From Bacteroidales bacterium (GTDB taxonomy: Bacteria; Bacteroidota; Bacteroidia; Bacteroidales; GWF2-35-48): a stretch of DNA of 52,465 nt. The position numbers and the translations under genes are program-made. Position 1 is the stretch's first letter. The number at the start of each line of letters is the position of its first letter. Under the pieces are notes generated by a model, which was given only the letters and a program-made list of their open reading frames with translations, was not told the origin of the DNA and did not search any database. Shown here in pieces: positions 1 to 9,814 of this stretch. Where the stretch lies: the NCBI GenBank assembly GCA_036171035.1, contig JAVHQG010000140.1, positions 1 through 52,465 on the forward strand. The letters run 5' to 3'.

Positions 1-359
1 CCTTCGGGTCAGTGTTTACGATACTATTGCAAGTGAGAAATGTTAGTAAATAATTTTATTTTTAAAGGTCAGATGGAACTCCATGTTTAGTATTTTGTAT
101 TTATTCGTAATTGAACTTTTCTTATGGTACTCATGAATGCTAAAGCATTTGTGTTTTTGTAAACATGATTGTTTTATAGGTAACGTAATAAATTGTAAAA
201 TCGTGCTAAAATAGTAACATTTTTTTGCTGTAAGGTGATTTTTGAAAAAGATATTAATATGAATGGGAGGGCAATAAGCAATAGGAAAATAAGCAATATG
301 CAATAGGTGATAGACAATGGGCAAAGTTTTGAGTTATAATAATTTTCGTTTTTGTATAT

Positions 360-1505
360 TTGTATTTATTTGAAAATTCATATAGGTTTGTAAAAAATTA
401 TATTTTAGTGAAAGATGAGGATGTAAAAAAAGTACAGGAACTTGCACTCAAAAAGTTATTGGAAACGAATGTGGCGCAGGAAAACCAAATTGCAGCGTTA
501 CAGCATGAAGTTGATAGTCTGAAGATGCGGTTAGGAACGGGTTCTGTGCATAGTGAAATAGACGTTTTGCAGTTACTTGAGCAGAATAAAATTTTAATGC
601 AGAAAGTAGCTTTGTTGGAGTTAGATATTCAGCGAATGAAGCAAGATGTTGATATTTCTGTTGTCCCAGTGGATGAAAAGCAAATTTCTGAAAAAGCTGA
701 AAGAATAGACATTCGTAAACGATTGGTTTATACTGCAGTTGATTCTTTTAGTATTTATATTTTTGCTTATATTTTTTCATTTTTACTATATAATTTTGTA
801 ACCTTATATGCTGGTCAGCAGTTTGGACTTCACGGCAATATAAGATATTGGGGCATTGAATGGCCAAGAACGTTTGATGCTGCATTTTGGGATAGTGAAA
901 ATATTGTTAAGATATTTTTTGCCGGATCACTGGTATGCTTGATTGTTGCTTCTTTTCTGTATGTTTTATTGAAGTTATTTAAAAAATTTTATTATAAATA
1001 TCAGCTTTTTTTTGCATGGGTAATGCTTCTTTGTTTGAATCAGTTTTTTGGAAATTATATTTCCGGAGTTATTACAGGAAAAGGTTTTGCGTACGTTACT
1101 ATGGCTTTGGGTTTAGGGTTTGGTAACGATATTTTTATTGTCCTTTTTATGATTCTTGTAATGTATATTTTGGGAGCTGTTATTACAAAACCATTTTTAT
1201 ACGCATCAAGTGGATTTAGTTTAGCTGAAAAACAAAAGCGATTTCTTTTATATCAAGTGCTATATCCGAGTTTAGCAGGTAATGTTTTGATTTTATTTGT
1301 AAAAATGCCGGAGGTTACAGCATATGAATTTTTTAGTTTGATCATGATGTACATTATGATTGTTCCAATGTTTTATTCATCATCATTAATATTTGTCCGG
1401 AATAGCGTGATTTCTTTTCATAAAAATTACCGATTGAATAGCTATAGTAAAGAGCTGATTATTGCTTCAATTGTATTTCTTTTTGCTTTGAGGATATTGA
1501 TGTAA
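360..1505 (+). CDS. Membrane protein of unknown function: N-terminal coiled-coil-like region followed by a polytopic membrane domain
   Basis: Long ORF. The first ~110 aa are heptad-rich and charged (LKKLLETNVAQENQIAALQHEVDSLKMRL...LELDIQRMKQD), followed by about seven hydrophobic helices. I recognise no family. The track start is TTG at 360; GTG at 408 or a later start is possible. Confidence 0.55.
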   Translation: MYLFENSYRFVKNYILVKDEDVKKVQELALKKLLETNVAQENQIAALQHEVDSLKMRLGTGSVHSEIDVLQLLEQNKILMQKVALLELDIQRMKQDVDISVVPVDEKQISEKAERIDIRKRLVYTAVDSFSIYIFAYIFSFLLYNFVTLYAGQQFGLHGNIRYWGIEWPRTFDAAFWDSENIVKIFFAGSLVCLIVASFLYVLLKLFKKFYYKYQLFFAWVMLLCLNQFFGNYISGVITGKGFAYVTMALGLGFGNDIFIVLFMILVMYILGAVITKPFLYASSGFSLAEKQKRFLLYQVLYPSLAGNVLILFVKMPEVTAYEFFSLIMMYIMIVPMFYSSSLIFVRNSVISFHKNYRLNSYSKELIIASIVFLFALRILM

Positions 1506-1536
1506 TGGGTCTGATGTTTCATTAAAATTATGTTGT

Positions 1537-2469
1537 ATGAGAGGGGCTGTAATTGATCTAGGGACAAATACTTTTAATCTTTTAATTGTAGATATTTTAT
1601 CTGATGGAACATTTCAAGTAATTATCAGCACAAAAAGGGCTGTAAAATTAGGGTTGGGAGGTATGAATGCCAATTTCATTATGCCTGAAGCTTTTTTGCG
1701 GGGAGAAAAGGCTATTGCAAGTTTATTCAGCACATTAAAGAAATATAAACCAGATGTGATTTTTGCTTTTGCAACATCTGCTATTCGAAGTGCTACCAAT
1801 GGCACTGACTTTACAAGCATAATTGAGCAAACGTATGGATTTAAAATTGATGTTATTTCGGGCGATAAAGAGGCAGAATATATCTACAAAGGTGTCAAAA
1901 ATTCAGGAGTTTTAACGGATGAAAAAGTGTTGATTCTTGATATTGGAGGTGGAAGTAATGAATTTATTATTGCTGATAAAAATGAAATTTTTTGGAAAAG
2001 AAGTTTTAATATAGGTATTGCTCGTTTGATAGATAAATTCAAGCCGCATGATCCAATTCTATTAGAAGAAATTAGAAATATTGAAAAATACTTTGATGAA
2101 CAATTGGTCTCTTTGTTTGAAGCAGTGCAACAGTTCCCATTGACTACTTTGATTGGTTCGTCGGGTTCTTTTGAATCATTTTCAAAAATGATTGCATTTA
2201 AGAGCAAGTGTAAGGATAAAATTGTTAGTCCGATTTCTTTGGAAAATTACTTTACACTTCACAAAACGCTTATAGAATCAACAATTGAAAGTAGAAAAAG
2301 GATGAAAGGACTTGTGTGGATGCGTGTAGAAATGATTGTACTTGCCAGTATTTTTGTTAATTATATTATTAAGAAAATGAATATTTCAAAAATCATAAAA
2401 TCGGATTTTTCGTTGAAAGAGGGAGTGATTGAAGAAATATTTCAACAGCATTTGAATACAAATAATTGA
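1537..2469 (+). CDS. Ppx/GppA-family phosphatase (short two-domain form)
   Basis: ATG start. ASKHA-fold motifs are present: AVIDLGTNTFNLLIV near the N-terminus and ILDIGGGSNEFII mid-protein. The 310-aa length fits the catalytic N-terminal half of exopolyphosphatase/GppA. Confidence 0.85.
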   Translation: MRGAVIDLGTNTFNLLIVDILSDGTFQVIISTKRAVKLGLGGMNANFIMPEAFLRGEKAIASLFSTLKKYKPDVIFAFATSAIRSATNGTDFTSIIEQTYGFKIDVISGDKEAEYIYKGVKNSGVLTDEKVLILDIGGGSNEFIIADKNEIFWKRSFNIGIARLIDKFKPHDPILLEEIRNIEKYFDEQLVSLFEAVQQFPLTTLIGSSGSFESFSKMIAFKSKCKDKIVSPISLENYFTLHKTLIESTIESRKRMKGLVWMRVEMIVLASIFVNYIIKKMNISKIIKSDFSLKEGVIEEIFQQHLNTNN

Positions 2470-2532
2470 GGATATTGGTTGCAGAATATATGGACACATT
2501 CCGTTCAAAGCAAATATTATACTCTCGGTAAA

Positions 2533-3282
2533 TTATTTTTTTCTAATCAGATCAAGAATTCCATTTATAAACGTAAGTGGGTGCATTGGATTTCCAGGTA
2601 CATAAAGATCGATAGAATATTTCTCCAAAAAGCTTCTGTTTAGTGCAGGGCTGCTAGAAAAAATTCCTCCACTGATTGCATCAACACCGGCTAAAACGAT
2701 TATTTTAGGATGTGGTGTGGCATCGTAACAGGTTTGCACTGGTATTGCCATATTTTCGGTTATCGGTCCCGTAATCACAATTCCATCTGCATGACGTGGC
2801 GATGCAACAAATTCAACACCAAATCGGCTCATGTCGAAATTTACATTATTGGTTGCACCTAGTTCCATCTCACAACTGCCATCGCCACCTGCTGAAATCT
2901 GACGTAATTTTAATGAACCACAAAACATACTATGAATTTCTTTTCGAATCAAATCAGCATTTAGTGTAATCGGGTTATCTGTGCCTTCAGAAATTATTAA
3001 ATCATTCCGATTGTTTGCAGCAATTTTATAATCTTTTGTGAAATTAATTTTTGTTGGAAAACATCTAGCACAAGCTCCGCAAAATGTGCATTTACCTAAA
3101 TCAATCCGCACGGGATTTAATAAAATTGCATCTGTTGGGCAAGTATCAATTAATTTAGATTCATCAACTTTTTTGTTGCTGATTACAGGTCGTCCTCGAA
3201 AAATTCCGGGTGCTTCAACCTTTGTAACATCAGGAATGAACTGCTTTCCCTGATGATATAATATTTTTATAGTATTTAACAT
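2533..3282 (-). CDS. NuoB/HycG/HyfI-like small subunit fused to an N-terminal ferredoxin-like segment; proximal-cluster cysteines mostly missing
   Basis: FVASPRHADGIVITGPIT and VPGNPMHP align to the NuoB/HycG core. The N-terminus carries CPTDAI...CTFCGACARCFP. It is the last gene of the tightly packed operon. Confidence 0.85.
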   Translation of the reverse strand: MLNTIKILYHQGKQFIPDVTKVEAPGIFRGRPVISNKKVDESKLIDTCPTDAILLNPVRIDLGKCTFCGACARCFPTKINFTKDYKIAANNRNDLIISEGTDNPITLNADLIRKEIHSMFCGSLKLRQISAGGDGSCEMELGATNNVNFDMSRFGVEFVASPRHADGIVITGPITENMAIPVQTCYDATPHPKIIVLAGVDAISGGIFSSSPALNRSFLEKYSIDLYVPGNPMHPLTFINGILDLIRKK

Positions 3283-3293
3283 TTTTTATTTTT

Positions 3294-4793
3294 TTATAAA
3301 TCGTGTCCGCAATATGATAAATTGAAACTTTTATTACAAATTGGGAAATCTGAAATTTCATTATTTCTTACAGCCAAAGCCAATGCCAACCAATTGTGAA
3401 ATGAGGGATCTTTTATTTTATATATTACAAAATCGCCTTTTGCATCAGTAATTGCACAATGGCATATTTCTCCGCGCCAGCCTTCCACAAGCGAGAGTGT
3501 GAATGCGTTTGGTTTGGGAGAATTCAAATCCGGAATATTTGTATTTTGCTCAGGAATATTTTCTAATAATTTGCGAATGTAACCTATTGATTGGCGTATT
3601 TCATGTTTGCGAATTTGTATGCGAGAGTAAACATCTCCATGTCGTTTGATAATGGGGTTATGATATATTTCAGGATACAGGCTGAAAGCATGTGTGAGTC
3701 GAATATCTCTCCGAAGCCCGCTTGCTCTGGCAGCCATCCCTACAGTTCCTGTGAAAATGGCATTTTCAAGTGAAAATATTCCGGTACGTTCAAATCGCGA
3801 AATTGCACTGGGCAGTTTAAATAACTCAATGCTCATTTCATTGAAATCTGGTTCAAATGCCTGCAAAACTATTTTTAATTTTTCAGCCAATGCCGGTGTG
3901 AATTCAAAAGGAGTATATCCAGGATAAATCAGGGTTTTAGCTAATCTGTTGCCACACCATTCTTGAGAGAAGTTAATTATTGGTGTTCGCAATCGTCCGA
4001 AAACAGAGGCTCCTAATTGATATGCAATGTCGGCACATGCTGCGCTTAAATCTCCCGTGTGTACAGCTATTCGTTCTAGTTCAAGCGCCAGTGTACGTTG
4101 GAAATCAACTCCACGTGCTACATGGAATCCGTTCAGACTTTCCCATAGATTTGAAAAGGCGGTAGTGTGTCCTACAACTGTGTCGCCAGCAATATTCTCG
4201 GCTAATGTGGTGCGTTCTTTTAATTTTTTCTTTTCTAAAAATAATTGTTCAAGACCCCTGTGTTGATAGCCTAGCTGTATTTCAAGATGTAAAATTTGTT
4301 CTCCATTACAAATAAATCTAAAATGTCCCGGCTCAATGATTCCTGCATGAATAGGACCAACACCTACCTCATGTAATTCTTCACTTTCAATTTTAAAAAA
4401 AGGATAATTTGCAATTGTTTTTGATTGATCTGCACGATTGAATGCGTAGCGTACAGGTTTTAGCCAAGTGTGTCCTGTGAAATCTATTCCAAAATTTTCA
4501 TGAATTTCGCGTTCAAATTTTTCAAACCCTAAGTGTTTAATTGTTAATGATTGTAGTTTGTCGGTATTGCATGTAAGGCATGAAGAAACATAGATTTCGT
4601 TTGAATCATCATCGGCAATGCAACAAATAAGTTTTATTTTATCATTTATTTTATATCCAAAATAATTCACACAGTGTCTCTCATCGTGATCGTGAATTAA
4701 TTCTGATTGTAGATCAAAAAAAGAGCGATAAGCTACTTCGGGAATATCAGAAACAGGGATGGTTTGGTTATTTTTTATTTTAATGTAGTCCAT
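3294..4793 (-). CDS. NuoC-NuoD / HycE / HyfG-like large subunit homologue lacking the [NiFe] cysteine ligands
   Basis: GPIHAGIIEPGHFRFICNGEQILHLEIQLGYQHRGLEQ is the hallmark of the group-4 hydrogenase/NuoD family. The N-terminal ~130 aa are NuoC/HycE-N-like. The L1 position reads ENIAGDTVVGH and the C-terminus reads NLSYCGHDL. Confidence 0.85.
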   Translation of the reverse strand: MDYIKIKNNQTIPVSDIPEVAYRSFFDLQSELIHDHDERHCVNYFGYKINDKIKLICCIADDDSNEIYVSSCLTCNTDKLQSLTIKHLGFEKFEREIHENFGIDFTGHTWLKPVRYAFNRADQSKTIANYPFFKIESEELHEVGVGPIHAGIIEPGHFRFICNGEQILHLEIQLGYQHRGLEQLFLEKKKLKERTTLAENIAGDTVVGHTTAFSNLWESLNGFHVARGVDFQRTLALELERIAVHTGDLSAACADIAYQLGASVFGRLRTPIINFSQEWCGNRLAKTLIYPGYTPFEFTPALAEKLKIVLQAFEPDFNEMSIELFKLPSAISRFERTGIFSLENAIFTGTVGMAARASGLRRDIRLTHAFSLYPEIYHNPIIKRHGDVYSRIQIRKHEIRQSIGYIRKLLENIPEQNTNIPDLNSPKPNAFTLSLVEGWRGEICHCAITDAKGDFVIYKIKDPSFHNWLALALAVRNNEISDFPICNKSFNLSYCGHDL

Positions 4794-4794
4794 A

Positions 4795-6225
4795 TTATTT
4801 AGGTAAAAGCATTGTACTTTCGTTGATTAAATTTATTAATTCGACAGGAGGATTTAACCCCAAATAAACTGCGGTTGCCAGTAAAACAAATTGTGTAAGC
4901 GATTCCCATGGGTTGATTTTAATATGTTCTTTCGTCTCTATGACGTGTGTTGATGGGACAAACAGCATTTTCAAGATATTCTTTCCTAAAGACCACATAA
5001 TAAGTGTTAATAGTATTACAACGAAAACCAAAGCTACAATTTGATGTGCTTGGAACATGCCGCGGAAGATAAGAAATTCGCTAACAAACAAACCAGATGG
5101 TGGCATGGCTGTAATGCTTATCAAAACAAACAACATTACAATTGCCCCAACAATATTTTTACTAAAATAATTCCCTGTTTTGCTCAATATGTATGTATGA
5201 AAGGTTCGATGTACCTGATCTATTTGATAAAACACACTTGCTTTTACAAATGAATGTAAAACCATGTGGAGAATTGCTGCAAAGTAGCCAATCCCTCCGC
5301 TTGCAAGTCCAAGAGCTGTAAGTCCCATGTGTTCTAAACTTGAATATGCAAACATTCTTTTTAAATGAGAAACTTTTAGAATATAAACAACTGAAACAAA
5401 TATAGATAGTAATCCGCACCACAGCAGCATTTGGTTCATCCAAGGCAGAATGCTGGTGTTTGCCATTAATGAATATGTGCGAAAAATTGAAACAAATCCA
5501 ACGTTCATTAAGGTGGTTGAGATGAACGCACTGATAGGTGGTGGAGCTACAGTATGAGCATCTACGGCAATTGTGTGCATTGGGAAAAGTCCCATTTTAG
5601 TACTAAATCCAACAATCATAAAAAGGAAGGCAAGCTTTAACCAAAAAGGATTTACATTTTTCAAATGATGTGGGATGTCTAAAATATTTAGATTTGAGGA
5701 GCCTGATTCTTGAAGAGCTTTGCTTAAAAAAATGATCCCAACAAAAGCAAAGGTGATACCGATGGAACAAATAAATACATATTTCCAAGTGGCTTCAAGG
5801 GAAAGCTGTGTTCGCTCGTGGTATATTAATATTGCAACGCTCAATGTAGTTGCTTCAATAAATACCCACAAAACCCCGATGTGATTAGCAAGATAAACAC
5901 ATGTCATGGCAACAATAAGCATGATGAGGGCAGTAAAATAAAGACTCTGATTTCGATCGCTATCTTTACGATATTGCAGATAGATGTAACTGTGATAAAC
6001 GGTTGTGTAACTTAAAATTGTGAGGACACAAAGGAAAATGATCCCCAATGAATCGTAAGTAAAAAACCTAAATTCAGTTTGATGTAAGTGTTGAAAACCG
6101 TAAATCGTAATTGCTGTTTGTAATAATAAAAAAGACAAAAGCAATATTTTTCGTAGAGCAATATTTTTGTTAATAACTGTTCCTGCGGCAAGTAAAATAG
6201 CAATAATAATATAATAACTAAACAT
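4795..6225 (-). CDS. HyfF/NuoN/NuoM-like antiporter-type membrane subunit
   Basis: Polytopic 476-aa protein with LFPMHTIAVDAHTVAPPPISAFISTTLMNVG, matching the conserved (W)LP.AH..AP.P(V/I)SA motif of Mrp/NuoLMN-type subunits. It lies 1 nt from the next gene. Confidence 0.85.
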   Translation of the reverse strand: MFSYYIIIAILLAAGTVINKNIALRKILLLSFLLLQTAITIYGFQHLHQTEFRFFTYDSLGIIFLCVLTILSYTTVYHSYIYLQYRKDSDRNQSLYFTALIMLIVAMTCVYLANHIGVLWVFIEATTLSVAILIYHERTQLSLEATWKYVFICSIGITFAFVGIIFLSKALQESGSSNLNILDIPHHLKNVNPFWLKLAFLFMIVGFSTKMGLFPMHTIAVDAHTVAPPPISAFISTTLMNVGFVSIFRTYSLMANTSILPWMNQMLLWCGLLSIFVSVVYILKVSHLKRMFAYSSLEHMGLTALGLASGGIGYFAAILHMVLHSFVKASVFYQIDQVHRTFHTYILSKTGNYFSKNIVGAIVMLFVLISITAMPPSGLFVSEFLIFRGMFQAHQIVALVFVVILLTLIMWSLGKNILKMLFVPSTHVIETKEHIKINPWESLTQFVLLATAVYLGLNPPVELINLINESTMLLPK

Positions 6226-6229
6226 ATAA

Positions 6230-6859
6230 TTAATCTTTTAAATTTGTTAAATTATCAACACTCATCTCTTCAAATGTATTTCCGATTCTGTTTATGAAAA
6301 TCCCTAAAACAAGCACACTCACAAAAATATCGAGCATAATTCCAACATTCACAAGCTGTGTCATTTCCGTACCTACAGCCAACGACAACACAAAAACGCC
6401 ATTTTCAATAATTAAATATCCCATGATATGTGTTACAACTTTTTTCCGTGTAACAATAAAATAAAGTCCTGTAAATAGAGAGGAGAGAGCAACTATAAAA
6501 AATATTTTTTCTATTGTAGTATCTTTAATTGCGTTTGTTAAAAGGATGGTTGCTACAATAATTAAGGTCGTTATTATTAACGATACAAAGTTTGGCAAAT
6601 AGGGTTCGGCCTCTCGGGTTATTTTGTTTTTCTTAATCACATAATTTAAAAACAGTGGAACTGCCAATGATTTAAAAACAATGGTTTCCAATAAAATTAA
6701 AATTAAATTTAATGTATCAATCTCTTGCAATCGGAGCAGTACGACAAAGAACAGTAAAATACCCTGTAGTGAAAGCACCCGAATAAAAGTCAACATTCTG
6801 TTTGCGATTGCCACATAAAACAAGGTAATTAGAAATGTAATAAGTATTACGTTTATCAT
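6230..6859 (-). CDS. HyfE-like small membrane subunit (NuoK-related C-terminal half)
   Basis: 209 aa and all hydrophobic. GYLIIENGVFVLSLAVGTEMTQLVNVGIMLDIFVSVLVLGIF resembles the HyfE/MbhE/NuoK-type helix pair. Its operon position matches hyfE. Confidence 0.7.
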   Translation of the reverse strand: MINVILITFLITLFYVAIANRMLTFIRVLSLQGILLFFVVLLRLQEIDTLNLILILLETIVFKSLAVPLFLNYVIKKNKITREAEPYLPNFVSLIITTLIIVATILLTNAIKDTTIEKIFFIVALSSLFTGLYFIVTRKKVVTHIMGYLIIENGVFVLSLAVGTEMTQLVNVGIMLDIFVSVLVLGIFINRIGNTFEEMSVDNLTNLKD

Positions 6860-6880
6860 TTTTGTGTTTTTATGAAATTA

Positions 6881-7786
6881 TTAAACAAATTTATCTAGTA
6901 TTAACAGCACACCAAAGAAAATCAATAAACTAACTGAAGTAAGCGTGAAAATAAATTGAGCATTGTGGCTCATGCGGAAGCGAGCCATGAATGATTCAAT
7001 CAACCCAATGACTATTGCCATTGAAAATTGAATCACAAAGAATATTGGAATACTGTATTCATAAGGTACCATTCCAATAAATAAGTTTACGACCAATGTT
7101 CCGTATATAGCAAATTTTAAACAGCCTGCAGCAAAAATTAAACCTAGGTCAAACCCACTATTATCTAAAATCATGACTTCGTGTATCATGGTTAATTCTA
7201 AATGGGTTTTAGGGTCGTCAATAGGCATTCGGCTATTTTCAATCATGGTAATCATGATTAATACAAATGTTGCCAAGGTAGTAAGAGCATACGTGATATA
7301 TGAACCCACATGAAGTGAATAAAACATTTCCTGAAAAGATGTATGTCCTGTGAGCAGTGCAAGCGAACCCATGAGAATAAAAAAAGCAGGTTCAGCAAAC
7401 ATCGAATACAATGCTTCGCGACTGGCACCCATTCCTTCAAAGCTGCTCCCTGTGTCCATTGCAGCAATAATGCTGAAAAATTTACCTAAAGCCAGCACAT
7501 AAGCAAAGAAAATAAAATCGCCATTAAAACTAATTACCCCCTTAGATTTCCCAAATGGGATTACAAGCATTGCCATCACTATGGATGCAAAATAAATTGT
7601 GGGTGCAATTTTAAAAATAATGCTTGTGGTTTCGCTATATACAGCTCCCTTTTTAAAGAGCCGCCATACATCCTTTAATGGCTGAAATATACCCGGCCCT
7701 TTACGACCCGATGCAATGCTTTTTGTCCGGATAATGATACCCGTGAAAAATGTTGCCGCAATTAAAATCAGAATAAAACTCAACAT
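6881..7786 (-). CDS. NuoH/HycD/HyfC-like membrane subunit
   Basis: 301 aa, about 8 TM helices. The N-terminal GRKGPGIFQPLKDVWRLFKKG motif is typical of NuoH/HycD. Confidence 0.85.
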   Translation of the reverse strand: MLSFILILIAATFFTGIIIRTKSIASGRKGPGIFQPLKDVWRLFKKGAVYSETTSIIFKIAPTIYFASIVMAMLVIPFGKSKGVISFNGDFIFFAYVLALGKFFSIIAAMDTGSSFEGMGASREALYSMFAEPAFFILMGSLALLTGHTSFQEMFYSLHVGSYITYALTTLATFVLIMITMIENSRMPIDDPKTHLELTMIHEVMILDNSGFDLGLIFAAGCLKFAIYGTLVVNLFIGMVPYEYSIPIFFVIQFSMAIVIGLIESFMARFRMSHNAQFIFTLTSVSLLIFFGVLLILDKFV

Positions 7787-7788
7787 AA

Positions 7789-9813
7789 CTAAAGTTGTTT
7801 TAAAAACTCAATAAAATAAATAACTCCATCAATTATTATAGGGATAAAAATTACTGAAATAATAAAGATTACACCGTATAAAATATAAAATTGAAGTTTC
7901 CCTTGACTTAAAAACATAAATTTGCTAAACCCTGCTCTAGTCGAATGCAATGAATTGTCTATAAACCATTTTTCAATTTTATCGTAAGGACGTGTTTCAT
8001 AATGTGCATCTTTTGGGAAAATTCCTTCAATATCTTTTTCTTTTTTAATAAATAATAATACGGAACTAAATAATTTACTGTAGGTTCTGACAAATGAACT
8101 TGCCGTATATTGCAGCTTTGGAGTAAGGGCAACATAGCCACATCCCCACGTTGAGGCAACTTCGATAGTACGTTTTTTTGTTATGAATTTCCGCACATAA
8201 AAAATTAAAATTATTAATAAAATAAAACCCCATGCAGCCCAACTAATTTTTTGTAATATTTCAAAAAGAGGATTCACAATTTGGAGATTTGATTTTTGAG
8301 GAATCAATGTAAATAGACTGACAGGCATTAAAAGCATATTCACAAATATTTTGGGAAACAACCCGATTGCAATAATAAAAAGTGCAATAATATATAGTGG
8401 GATGCGCTGCATAAATGGTGCTTCTTTTATTTCGTGATGAAAAGGATGTCTGGGATTGCCTAAAAATACTGTTCCAAAAGCCTTGGTAAAACAAAGCATG
8501 GCTAATCCTCCAATCATTACCAGACTAACTACAATAGACACAATGGCAATTGTCGGAATAAGAGTGGCATTTTGAATCCAGTAAAAAAGTCCACTATAAA
8601 TAATAAATTCAGAAATAAAACCATTAAATGGAGGAATCCCACAAATAGCAATGGCTGCAATTAAAAAAAGAAAAGCAGTTTGTGGCATTTTTCTTATCAG
8701 TCCACCCATTTGTTCTATGTTTAACGTGTGAATTGCCTGATAAACAATCCCTGCTGCGTAAAATAAAAGAGATTTGAAAAGTGCGTGGTTCAGCACATGC
8801 AATAATGCGCCTGCAAATCCTAATATGATTAGAACCTGATTGGCCGAACCCATGCCAATGCACCCAATTCCAATTCCAATTCCAATAATTCCAATATTTT
8901 CAATGCTGTGATAGGCTAAAAGTTTTTTTAAATTATGTTGCACAATTGCCAACATCACCCCATATAAGCCTGAAATTACTGAAAAGGTTAATATCATGTA
9001 TCCAACTTTTGTGTAATCAGTATGAAGTATTAATATCATGCGCAGAATTCCATAAATACCTATCTTAATTAATACGCCCGACATAATACCTGAAATGTGA
9101 GCAGGCGCAGCAGGGTGCGCATAAGGCAACCATGTGTGAAAGGGAACAAAGCCAGCTTTTATTGCAAATCCTATAAAGAAAAATAAAAACAATGCAAATT
9201 CAGAAGCACCATTATGTTGTGAGGAGTATAGCGCAATAGCATTAAAATCATAACTGCCGGTTTTATAGGCAACATAAATAAATCCGAGTGATAAAAAAAC
9301 AATAGAGATGTGTGCTTGTATCAGATAATTTAATCCTGCTTTGATTGTTCCTGTTTTTTCATGCTCAAAAATTACTGCAAAAAACGCTGAAACCGCCATA
9401 ACTTCCCATGCTACAAGAAACGCAATGCTATTTTGAATAACACAAATACTAAGCAGTGCAGCATGTGTTAATATCATCACAATGTAATGAATTGTTAAAT
9501 TATTTTTTTGATCTTTATATGCTTTCATGTAGGTCAAACCGTAGAAACTACCAGTAATAAAAACCAAATTAAAAATCATGATAAACCAACCGGCCAACGA
9601 ATCAATTTGTATGCGGATATAGCCTGTAATCAGACTTCCGGGAAATGTATAGTTAAATATTTCACCAGAGAATGATTGAATGGCAAAATAACTTGAAATG
9701 CCTGCCTCTAAAAGAATCGTAGAAAACAAAATAATATTCTTCCACTTTAAATTTATAAAGGGAATTGCAATGATTGCAAGGAAAGGGATTAATATGTACG
9801 CTTTTAACAGCAA
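7789..9813 (-). CDS. HyfB/HycC/NuoL-like antiporter-type subunit (copy 2)
   Basis: 674 aa. It has FHTWLPYAHPAAPAHISGIMSGVLIKIGIYG and a C-terminal extension with STWGCGYVA, as in HyfB/HycC. Confidence 0.85.
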   Translation of the reverse strand: MLLKAYILIPFLAIIAIPFINLKWKNIILFSTILLEAGISSYFAIQSFSGEIFNYTFPGSLITGYIRIQIDSLAGWFIMIFNLVFITGSFYGLTYMKAYKDQKNNLTIHYIVMILTHAALLSICVIQNSIAFLVAWEVMAVSAFFAVIFEHEKTGTIKAGLNYLIQAHISIVFLSLGFIYVAYKTGSYDFNAIALYSSQHNGASEFALFLFFFIGFAIKAGFVPFHTWLPYAHPAAPAHISGIMSGVLIKIGIYGILRMILILHTDYTKVGYMILTFSVISGLYGVMLAIVQHNLKKLLAYHSIENIGIIGIGIGIGCIGMGSANQVLIILGFAGALLHVLNHALFKSLLFYAAGIVYQAIHTLNIEQMGGLIRKMPQTAFLFLIAAIAICGIPPFNGFISEFIIYSGLFYWIQNATLIPTIAIVSIVVSLVMIGGLAMLCFTKAFGTVFLGNPRHPFHHEIKEAPFMQRIPLYIIALFIIAIGLFPKIFVNMLLMPVSLFTLIPQKSNLQIVNPLFEILQKISWAAWGFILLIILIFYVRKFITKKRTIEVASTWGCGYVALTPKLQYTASSFVRTYSKLFSSVLLFIKKEKDIEGIFPKDAHYETRPYDKIEKWFIDNSLHSTRAGFSKFMFLSQGKLQFYILYGVIFIISVIFIPIIIDGVIYFIEFLKQL

Positions 9814-9814
9814 A

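Noticed and set aside
43-324. 93-aa minus-strand ORF at the window start
   Set aside because: Its sequence is dominated by translation of the GCAATA/TATTGC repeats and AT-rich low complexity. It has no recognisable domain and lies in what looks like a promoter or intergenic region. I treat it as spurious.
3294-4793. Calling the 499-aa protein a functional [NiFe] hydrogenase large subunit (HycE/HyfG)
   Set aside because: The CxxC...H and C-terminal CxxC Ni/Fe-ligand positions read AGDTVVGH and LSYCGHDL, so only one of four Cys is present. The fold family is right, but hydrogenase chemistry is not supportable.
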